A DNA stretch of 64,000 bases from Macrostomum lignano (lineage: Eukaryota). The notes beneath the pieces were generated by a model. The model saw only the letters and a program-made list of their open reading frames with translations, had not been told where the DNA came from and did not search any database. The first letter of the stretch is position 1. Every line of letters starts with the position of its first letter. This document shows, one piece after another, positions 24,329 to 44,800 of the stretch. Both the position numbers and the translations under genes were made by a program. The stretch covers positions 496,001 to 560,000 of the forward strand of contig NIVC01000099.1 in assembly GCA_002269645.1 (NCBI GenBank), given 5' to 3'.

Positions 24329-24960
24329 GCTCAGCTGGTGGATCGAGCACGGGACTGCACTGCGTTTGAGACTGTTTGAGTGATAACATGGACAAAGGCC
24401 TAGCCAATCACGGAGATGATAGAATAGAATGGATTGCTAGTCTAGTTAATCACCGAGATGATTGGAGTAGAATGGATTGCTAATCTAGCCATCAACGGAG
24501 ATGATGGAATAATCGTAGAATGGATTGCTAATCTAGCCTACTTGCTTTTAGCCATAGATTATTAACACATTCAATTACCTAGAACCAGTGCTCACAGGCA
24601 GTTTACATAGCAGAATGCACAAGACATTCTTAGGTTAACATTTTACATGCAGCACAATATTTTCTTAATCAGTGACGAGTCCCCAAGTAATTAGCAGCGT
24701 TTAACAGTAGTTTAGTTAAGTAATAATTATCTGGAATCACTTTTGTTCCACATATTTTATTTTTCTGTTGTTATTGTGATATCAGATTCAACAGTTTATA
24801 GCTTTGAAATGATATTTTTATCTCTATGTTGTATTTCTGTGTTAAAATCTTTTGTAGATTAAATAAACGCGTGAATCAGTGTACAATTTTATCTTAACTT
24901 TAAAATGCTGGTCAATAACCACTGAGTTCCTAATATCAGAATATAAATATGAACTTCAAT

Positions 24961-25081
24961 AATCATAAATATAATAATTAATTACACCCGCCATAATGGC
25001 CAGATGTGCAACCGACAGCTCAGCCGCAGCTATTGCGCGGCGCATCTGAAGGCTGCGTACGGCTGTTCAGTCCAAGGGTCG

Positions 25082-25163
<82 letters not shown>

Positions 25164-25281
25164 CTCAATTACCCCAGCTAATGCTGGTTCCCATTGTACA
25201 GCTCGGTGAACTGAAGCAATGCAGAGTTAATTGTCTTGCTCAAGGACACAATTGTTCAGCGAGTGGGTCGAGAATCGAACC
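24961..25281 (-). mobile_element. CORE-type SINE family B, copy 2, containing a (CA)n microsatellite at 25084-25161
   Basis: Colinear with 21514-21821: identical GGCCAGATGTGCAACCGACAGCTCAGCCGCAGCTATTGCGCGGCGCATCTGAAGGCTGCGTACGGCTGTTCAGTC and shared CORE segment. Confidence 0.75.
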
Positions 25282-25411
25282 CCCGACCTTTCAGTCGTGA
25301 GTCGTAGATTTGCTTTTCTGCATTCTAGCGCTAGCTGAATGAGGGGTTTTGCCATAGACAAAATCGGTAGCTCCATAAAGGTGCGAGTGCACCTTGAACG
25401 AAAGGCCACAC

Positions 25412-25642
25412 CCTTGAGAGCCAACCCCCCAAGGCGCAGTGAAGTGTACATGCCTAACGATAAAAAAAGTTAGGGCCGCTGTACACTCCTGTGTGAGTGT
25501 GTGCCTGCGTACGTATCCGCGCGCTTGTGTGCCTGCTCAGGGGAGTCGGCGGAATGGGCAGTAATGCCTCTCGCCGGTTGTGTGCCAATGTCGCTTAAAG
25601 TGCGCCAGGGTGCACACACCCCCCCTGCCTCTAATAAAAAAA
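25412..25642 (+). mobile_element. 5'-truncated copy of SINE family A
   Basis: Matches ~5335-5565 with a few substitutions and ends in AATAAAAAAA. Confidence 0.75.
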
Positions 25643-26276
25643 CTCAGGGGGGTGATGTAGCCGATGGCCATAAAATGAATGAAAATCCAACAAAACCGCA
25701 AGAGATTTTGCAGCAAAATCAATCAGCTAGACAATCAGAATCTGCATGCATTATCATATATAATATATAATAATAATAACTACTGAGCAGTTCAGCCACA
25801 TATAAAAGTGTATAGAAAAGTCGATGCCGTTAAATAATAAAGGCAAGTTAAATGATTACATATCATTTATAAATCAGTCTTTGTTCCGTGGTTAATACGT
25901 GCCGCAAATATGGATTATGGAGTTGGAAACTGCTACAGTGATGGAGAAGGCAAATTCGCTAGCATGGTAATCGAACTACGATATCCAAGTTAAAAAAATC
26001 AACTTCAATCAAATAAAATTATCGGTAAAAAATCACAAACATTTTATCACCTCCGTTTGAAAGACAGATGATCGGCTTCAGTCCTGGGGGGGGGGGCGGT
26101 CTGTGAGAACCTGCGAGTTGCTGAGGAAGCGGAGCGGCTGGAAAATAAGCAGCCGACGCGAAAAGGGCAAGAAGGAATTGCAGCTCAGAATTGGCGGCGT
26201 GTCTTAAAAAATTCTAAATGTTTAAATGGATTGAGCAGTGGAGTGTAACTAATTGATAGAGCTGACGGAATGGCAA

Positions 26277-27078
26277 AACAATGTGCGCACCGTCTCCTAG
26301 GCAACCCCCTATCTCAGTGTGCACCCGCTCCTGACTAACCCCCCTATCCCAGTGCACCCGCTCCTGACCACCCCCGCCGCCTATCTCAGTGTGCACCCGC
26401 TCCTGACCACCCCCGCCGCCTATCTCAGTTTGCACCCGCTCCTGATCAACCCCTTCATCCCAGTGTGCACCCGCTCCGACCAACCCCTTCATCCCAGTGT
26501 GCACCCGCTCCTGACCAACCCCTTCATCTCAGTGTGCACCCGCTCCTGACCAATCCCTTCATCCCAGTGTGCACCCGCTCCTGACCAACCCCTTCATCCC
26601 AGTGTGCACCCGCTCCTGACCAACCCCTTCATCCCAGTGTGCACCCGCTCCTGACAAATCCCTTCATCCCAGTGTGCACCCGCTCCTGACCAACCCCTTC
26701 ATCCCAGTGTGCACCCGCTCCTGACCAACCCCTTCATCCCAGTGTGCACCCGCTCCTGACCAACCCCTTCATCCCAGTGTGCACCCGCTCCTGACCAACC
26801 CCTTCATCCCAGTGTGCACCCGCTCCTGACCAACCCCTTCATCCCAGTGTGCACCCGCTCCTGACCAACCCCTTCATCCCAGTGTGCACCCGCTCCTGAC
26901 CAACCCCTTCATCCCAGTGTGCACCCGCTCCTGACCAACCCCTTCATCCCAGTGTGCACCCGCTCCTGACAAATCCCTTCATCCCAGTGTGCACCCGCTC
27001 CTGACAAATCCCTTCATCCCAGTGTGCACCCGCTCCTGACAAATCCCTTCATCCCAGTGTGCACCCGCTCCTGACCAC
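26277..27078. repeat. 35-bp minisatellite (CTGACCAACCCCTTCATCCCAGTGTGCACCCGCTC), ~22 copies
   Basis: Period 35, with degenerate units at the left end. Confidence 0.97.
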
Positions 27079-27606
27079 CGCCTATTTTATTACCTCGACA
27101 AAACTGGTTGGAAAACAAGATTAAAATGACCAATAGAAACACATGTAAAAGTTGCCTAACAATCAAAACAAATCAAAACTTACACAACAGACGACATATG
27201 CGGCTAAAAATTCTGGTTAAATCTGCTTATAAAAAGAATATAATAAAAAGGAATATTTAATTTTTGTAAAAAGTTGAGTAAAAACTTCGTTGTAATCTAA
27301 TGACACAAGGTCTCTACATTTTAATCAGAAAATTCCTATGTACACGGAACCGAATACAAAAGTACAAATATAAGAATAATGGGAACATTTCCGAGCAAGT
27401 ATTGCGCTTTCTGAGTATTGCTTCTAGTTCGGTGCGAAAGGCCTCAAGTCCTCCGAATTCTTCAGTATTCGACAGGCACAACTGCTTGGAGAGTCACGTG
27501 GCATTTGTTGCCAAGGCTGATAAATGAGTCGCCAGTATGGAATCCGACAGTTGCTAAGTAAATGGATGGTTGATAAGGTAATAGCGGGGTTTCTAAGGCG
27601 ACATTG

Positions 27607-27800
27607 AGGTTGCTAAGGTCATCCTGTTGTTTCAAAGAAGACAATGTGGTTACTAAGGTCATGTTGGTTGCTAAGGGGATAATAGTTGCTAAGGAGAGGG
27701 TTGTTGCTAAGGGGATGTGGTTACCAAGGTTATGGTGGTTGCTAATGAAACAGTGGTTGCTAAGGGGATGGCGGTTGCTAAGGAGACGGTGGTTGCTAAG
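27607..27800. repeat. Degenerate short-period repeat with GGTTGCTAAG core
   Basis: About 9 loose copies of (G/T)TTGCTAAGG. Confidence 0.7.
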
Positions 27801-27952
27801 CAGAATAAAACAGCCACAGTAGGGATGCAGGTGCCCGCATCAATAAAATCATTACTACCCCTACGTGACCAAGCCGACCCATCCGCCTACTGAAGAATTC
27901 ACACCTGACCTCTCCGACACCAAACCAGTTCAATGTAAAGCGAGTCCAGAGC

Positions 27953-37192
<9,240 letters not shown>

Positions 37193-38795
37193 TTTTTGTG
37201 TTTTGTACTATTTTTTGCTTAAGTCAAACAGGCCCAAATGCAGCAAGAAAGCTGGTTGCTAACAATGGATTGAGTTTCTAAAAGGTTTGGCTAGAGATTA
37301 GCATTTGAGCAGTGCAGTGCTTAGCATTTGCATGAAATGTTAGATACAAAGAATTAGATAAAGAAAAAAAGATAAAGATAAAATCATACATTTATATGCA
37401 TCTTCTATTCAACTAAAAATTTGTACGAATAACTATTTACTTTAGTCTATCTGGAACAAATTTTGAATACTTTGCTATTAGATATATCTACTTAATATGC
37501 TAGATTAAACAGAAATATCAGAGTTTATTACAAAAATAAATGATAGAACATAGTTAAAAGTAGCATTTCAATAGCACTTTTGTTTAAATCAATAGCATCT
37601 TATGGCTTATCTTAAATAAATATGAACCTAAAAAGAATAGGTTCTTATAGTTGTGCATATATATTCAAGTGTGAAAATAGAAATAATAGAATTGAGGTCC
37701 TAAAAGCAATTATAAAATGTAAACATGAGCTTGAAGTTGGAGATTAAATGATAATAGTTTAGTTAAAGGAATTGGAGACATATAGTTTTACCTATGTAAA
37801 ATAAGAATAATAGGCCTATCAAAATAAGAAATGGCCATTAAGACCATGATCCAAAAAAGGATTAATATTATTTTTTAAATAAAATAAAACAAAAATATTC
37901 TATTATGCAATTATTAGGCCCAGTTTTCCTTTGTAAAGAAAAGCAAAATGTTAAATAGAAAACTGAATTATATAGGCATAAAAATTTGACAGTCATTTTT
38001 AATTTAATAAACTTTAATATAGATAAATTATAAGAACTACGCAAGCTAGACTTGATTATGACAAAATATTCAACATTTTGTTGAAATTTAAAATAAGATT
38101 ATTGATTAGATATTGCAAGATGGCTAATTTGCCTTTATTATTATTTAAATTTTATTATTAAAGTATATTTATTAAAACATTAATATGAAGGGCTATGATG
38201 TTTTTTTGAAGTAATGTTTCAGTGAATCACAAAAGTAATATTTTGGCAAAGCATTATAATTTTTGGCAAATAGAATATTACTATATTCCACATTTAGGAT
38301 GATGTCCTTTTGCCTAGAAAATTCTGGCACACAGAAGCCTTTTCATTTTAATGCATCAGTGCATATGGTACAAGCAGCACAGTTGCAACATAGCAGTGCA
38401 AAACAGAGCAGGCTGTATAGTGTTAGAAATGCAAGGTATCCAATAAAAAAAAGAAAAATATATTTAAATTAAAAATCTATCAGACTAATTTTAGGGATAA
38501 AATATAAATATTAAAAACATTTTTATTCAAATGAATGCAAAATTTCTTTATTTTAAATTGTTTTATCTTCTACATTATTTTAATTTTCTTATACTTTATT
38601 AATAATGTTAAAAAATGTGATATAACAAAAAGTACATTTTGCGCTCATAAAATATTTAATAAACTTTGGCACAAGGTAAATCTCTTGACTCTTTATCGGC
38701 ACACAGTGCATACATTGATACATATATCTTTTTGTCTAAAAAATGTTCTGGTACATAGTTGACATGATCCTGACTATGGGGTACATTACATATAG

Positions 38796-38918
38796 CTATT
38801 GAGGTCGCCTTGTATAGTGTTTCGCGGACAAAAAGTTGAAGCCGATTGTTAAATGCCGCGCTCACCACGTGTCCACGTCCACGTCTGTATTATTAATTTA
38901 TTAAGGCGACCTCAATAG
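38796..38918. mobile_element. 123-bp MITE-like element with 16-bp perfect terminal inverted repeats (CTATTGAGGTCGCCTT)
   Basis: 38796-38811 is the exact reverse complement of 38903-38918. The interior is CpG-rich and contains CACGTG. Confidence 0.6.
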
Positions 38919-41804
38919 TCTTTGAAAAGAACTAAATAGATTATTACACAACGATAGCTATATAAAACTTGTAAATGGTTAAAATTAGGTTTATTTACTT
39001 GGTAATTTCAGACAACGTTAAATGTTCCTTGGGCCTGAAGTCATGCAACGCTTACTCAGACTGATTTCTGGTTTGAGAAGAGCCAGCTGTTTCTAAGAAT
39101 TGAAGCAAATTGAATATTTCAGATTTCAGAATATTTTGATGACGGAGCTATTAAAACAAAACACTGAACTTTACATTTTTGCTTTTACTATCTGATGTTT
39201 CCGATTGATAATGGCTGTATAATATTGATTTAACTTTATATACAAGTACTATCTAGGAATCTATAGTGTGTGCATGTATGCTACAAGTGCTACATCTGCT
39301 GGCCGGGAAGTTGCGAAGGCCATAAACGATTAGATTTACGTAACTCAATCTAGAAATCTTAATCTCAAAAAGCTCAAGTGGCACTAGCCTGCAAATTTCC
39401 AAGCATGCAGGACTCGCTCATTGCAAATCAACATTCTAAGTGTTGTGACTTTCGCACACTTTCGTGAATACCACTGTAAATTAAATTAAATTACTGCAAA
39501 TTTACATGTTCATTGAATACATCCTGGCAGTGTACATGTACATCCATGTTCATGTACTTCATGTAGAGTTTTATTGTGTGCTTTTGGGCGTATGACATCA
39601 TAGTCACAAACTCGACAGGCCACAAATTAAGCTGCGATACATTTGAACTTGTCCTGTTGTAGTGATGCATGCATCAAAACACGTTTACACGTACACGAGG
39701 TTGTTGTCAAGCTTCCTAAGATTAATATATTTTCTGAACTTATAGAGTACATGTTTCTCAATGTAATACATATATAAACGTATAGCATACCTACATATCC
39801 ATCTAGCTACATTTCAATATTTCACTTTCAATTCCAGTACAGAATGCATACTGCTTCTCATGCGTACTGTACACTTGTTGCATATGCAGCAGTACATGCG
39901 AATTCGATAGATAGATAAATCGAGAAAAAAACTTCGAAAATGAATGCAACAAGAACCGTCTTAAACAAACCGCGGTAGAATTGTTGGAATACAGTCGATA
40001 TTAAGTGGAAGGAATGATTTAATCAGTTTAAAACAGTGCCATACATTTTGATATTGTGAAAAAAATTATATTCCATTGGTAATGTAAATTATGCAAATCG
40101 TAATGTAAATGTAAATGTATATAAATTTTGCATGTAGCTGAACGCGTATACACAAAAGTACGAAAATACCAGTCTGCTACAGAAGAGGTTTGCTAAAGAT
40201 CAATAATAGAAAATGTCAGCAAAAGAGTACAATAGGAATCATGAGTTTCAGTTGAATCTGAAACTAATTCAAATGTGTCGTTTGCGTCACATTTGACTGT
40301 CATTAATTGGCTGCCGAACCTAAGCCTTACTTATATACCTGACTTAATACCGATCAAAAAGCATAATTAAAAACCCTAATCCTAACCCTAAAACCATATC
40401 AACCATACCACTGTATCACTGCATAAAATTACAGAAAGCAGATCCAACTGAGGATTAAACTAAAAATTACTACTGAGCACACAAAAAGTCTGAATAAACG
40501 AAAATTTAAAATTTTAAGTTATTTTAAAGTTAAACTTTAAGTTAAATTTGGGAACGCACGTAGACTCGTACAAAAGTAACATGGTTAAAAAAATTGACCC
40601 TGATCTGTCCCCCTCTAAATTACAGCAGGTGGGTGGACGTGGTGGCGCAAGTCACCTTTTTGGACTGACAATTTTATCAATTCTATCGGGTTCAGCAGCT
40701 GCTCACCTCACTCATGGACAGCTGATCAACGACTACAGAAAGTTACCATTGTTAATTTTGAAATATTTCGAATGTTACGGTATGATACAACAGTAACTTC
40801 TATAGTGGTACTTGGGACAGCTACAGAAGGACGATAATCGTCGAACTTTCTCTAGACGAAGGTTTTGGCTGCGAGATGCATTGGATATTATTTAAGTTTC
40901 AGCTATTTTCTAACACTGAACTGCTGATATCTGACCTGCAAGATGTATGCATTATACATGTATATAGAGTGTTAAATTGAAAATTCAAATGTCGTTAATT
41001 CTAATGCCTCTAAAAGTGACCTTGTACAACTTGTGAGGTGTAGAGTCTTATTAAAATGCAGCTGGCCATGTGTTCACCATTGGACTCCATTCCAGCGCCC
41101 ACAAGAAAGTGAAAATCAATAGATACAACCGGGGGGGGGGAGTATCATGAGTTGTCAGGGCTCGTGATCTTTTCTAAACCCCAATAATTACCACATGGCA
41201 CGTGACTGACTTCAGTTAAAACGGTGGGGACCCTCCACAGAACGTCACTCAAGCAATGTTCATGAATAACTGAAGTACTTCATTAGCATGACCGAATACT
41301 TCATTTCATGAATTCCTTGCTTCAAAGCTCCGAATCAATCTTTAAGGTAGAAGTTTTCTAAGGAACAAATCAGAAAGCTTTAAGAACATTTCTTTTGATG
41401 TTCCTATTGTTTGTACACTGACCAACCTGACCAAGGTTTGATTGGACATGACAAAGTATGACAGCAGGTTACGTGCAGTTGTACATGATTAACCCATTCG
41501 GCTACTCTAATTAACATGATACGAAACAAATTAAAAAAACTAATATTTTTAAATTTTCGTGTAGAAACAAGGAAAATTTTGGTGCCAATTCTAATGCGAG
41601 CTACCTGATCACTTTGCATAGCGTTTGATTACGAGCTAAATGAAACGAATTTTTGTCAAATGGTATAAAATTGAGTATATTACATAGCAATAAAAATCAA
41701 AGCCAATATTTACGAAGCCTTCACGGAAATATGAACTTTTTAGTACAACAGTCAATCAAAAGTAGCCACTACGTACAGCTTAATGAGTGGACGAAGAAAC
41801 GTGC

Positions 41805-44800
41805 TTACGAGTTGGGCAGCAACCGGTCAATCTTCTGGAAGATTTCCACCACCTCCTCGTACCTGGTCACGTAAGACTCTCTCATTCTCTTGTGCGCGTG
41901 CTGCAGCTGCTCCAGGTTGTTGCTGAACCTCGCGAACAGGTAGTACTCAAGGAAGTCGGCGCTCTGGTCCTCCTTCAGCTCGCTGAACCAGTCGTCGTTG
42001 CTCTGCAGGTCCGGCAGCAGCACCGCTCGCAGGCACTTCAGCAGACAGTCGAAGTTCATGTAGAAGGCCGCCTCGTTCGGAGCCACCTTTGCAGGGAAAT
42101 ACTCGGCCAGGTTGAGAGTGTCGCCCTGGTCTCTCTTGAGTTTATTCAGGAACTTCAGCTCCGGTCGCTTGTCACTGTGGAAGCAGTGTTTCCAGGAATA
42201 GTCGTTGGTGTAGATTTCGACCTTGATATGTTTTCGAACTTTCTCCGCATCATGCTCACTGAACAGCTCAGAGGTGAGCGGAAGCCGGCGTCTTACTCTG
42301 TGCTGAGCAGAATTTCTCAAAATCTCTTTTGCTCCATCCATTTCCTTTCTGCTCAGTCTGTACAGAACTTTCAAGCCTTCGCGAACTGAGTACGCATGGT
42401 CTGGCATCTTGGAGATAATGTCTTCTATTTTGTTTGACTTCGGACCCTGAGCAAGATCGGTCAGTGAGTTTTCCATGAGTCGTTGAATGTCTGCGTAGCC
42501 GTGAAGTGGATGACTTACTCTGACAGGATTGAAGTAGGGCAGGAGAGTAAACGGGTGGTAGTAGAATGGATCAACACATTCACCGAGGCTGTTTACTTTG
42601 CCGATCCCCGATACCTTTTTCAAATAGTCCCTCACATGTCTGGATAAATCATTGATGACAGATTCAAGGCGCTCCACTAATCTTTTCTTGTCTGAATGTT
42701 CGCCTTTTAAATAGAGTTCAGCATCCTTCAGAAAGAAATGGGACATGCACGCCAGCTCGATTTTTCTGGGCTTCTTCATCTCGGTGAGCAAGAATTGAAG
42801 AGATTCTTTTAGCAGCTCAAATAAGTTGGCTCCTGTCCAGCGGTCACGGGGGGTGTTGCTGATCATGAAGAATAAGACGGTCTTTGCGTGATACGATTTT
42901 AAACCGGGTGCGTTCTCTGACACAACTTCTCTCAGCAGGTACTTGACCAGAATGAACAGCTGACCCTGAACCGGCAACAGGCGCTTCATAATCTCCTTCT
43001 CTACAAAGCTGGTACTCACTCGCATCTCATTTCTTTGCTTCCCAGTGGCCTCGTTTTTTCGGTGGTTTCTGATCAGATGCAGGATGAATTTCAGTAATTT
43101 CTTGTTTTCCAGCGCTTTAATTGCATCAACGGTAGCCGTCGGAAAATTGCTTTGACCATCCAACATTTTCTTGACATCCTCGGACGCCACCGCTGCTAGA
43201 GAGCAACAGCGGAAGGCCATGACTTCGTCAGTGGCTGGTCTGAGCTCTGATTCCATTGTCGTCTCTGCTGGTTTTGATTCTAAAAGCACAAATTGTTCAT
43301 CGCCCAATGTTTAATCTAACTTAAAAAGTGAGGCACAATATACGAGTAGCTATTTAATGTATGCGAATTGCTTCTTAAAGTAAACAAACCGTTCACTCAA
43401 GCTTTGACTCACCATAACTTGGGAAACTGACGTGTCCTTCTTCATATTCATGCTGTTTAACTCCATCACAGCCACATCCAGAAACGTGAATGATTTCAGC
43501 CTTCTCCAAATGAGTAAAATCGATGTCAGATTTGGTCAGCAATCCGTTGATGCAGTAGAGGTTTTGTCCCCAGCCGTCGCCGTAGCTTCCCATGATATAA
43601 ATCTCATCGTTCAGCTCTGCAATGAGCTCGCGATGTTGTTCGGCCAGACACCGCTGGAAGATCGCCCTGGGAAAGCCGATTCCCGACTTAAGCAGCGTCT
43701 TGTCCAGCTGGTCGCTGCTCAAATCGACTGGACTTGATTGCTCGATTGTGTCACCTGGAGCTTCCAAACTAAAACAGGTCCGTGCATTCTTTCAACTGTA
43801 AATTGACACTAATATGAAGAAAAACTGATAACTAACTCACCTGCTCTCTTCAGATGTGGAGGGTTGCAGAATTTTCGTTAATTTTTTGCTAACCGACAGC
43901 CATTTGTGCTTCTCCGACAACCTCAATGCTTCCTCGATTTGTCGGTATTCCCATTGGTTGCACAACCGGGATGCTTTAAGAGCTCCAACTGTGTCGGGAC
44001 GATCGAATATAACGGCCAGCTGTAGAACGTCATATTGGTTTGAGTTATTCGCTTTCAAAGATTGCTGAGCAGCTCTAGACGAACTAAGCAGCTGGTCCAA
44101 AACATTGTGCCTCGAAATAGCTGCATGCATGACGGCATTGTTACCATTATGATCTTGAATGCTTAAATCTGCTTTTATCCTGAGTAGCTCCTCAACGCAA
44201 TCAAAATGGCCGTATCGTATTGCCAGCATCAGTGCGGTCATTCCATCACTGTTTTTCAAATCGATACAGCCCGTCCCTGATTCACCACAAGTAACGCTTT
44301 TCTCACCAATCAGTCTAACAACACTAGCATGACCATTCTGGGCGGCAATCATGAGGGGCGTCATTCCGTGCTCGTCCTGCTGATCCAGATCAGCCTTGTT
44401 CTCAATTAGAAGAGTCACTGATTTATCGAAGCCCGACTTTGCAGCGGTGTACAGTGCGGACTGCTTCTCTAAATTGACGTCATTCACATTCGCCCCAGCG
44501 TTCAGAAGTTGCTCTGTAAGCTCAAAGTTTCCTTTTTCACATGAATTGATCAATAGTGTATTGTTATTCCTGTCTCTTTCATTTGCCTGCTCCTTTGATT
44601 GGATCAATGCTTTAGCAGAATTTTTATCTGTGAGAGAAAATATCAATGGCAACATTGAAGAAGATGGCGTTGCTCCAGCTTGGTCCAGCGAGCTATAGAC
44701 CTCTGATGAGGGGTAAGCTAAACTCAAAGCAGACTGGTTATCATTGTTTACTTTGTTGAGATCAGCACCGGCACGAATGAGCTGTTTTACAATTTCTGAT

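Noticed and set aside
18406-24369. Numerous overlapping Ala/Arg/Pro-rich ORFs on both strands
   Set aside because: They are shadow frames of the GC-rich KIAA0825 exons.
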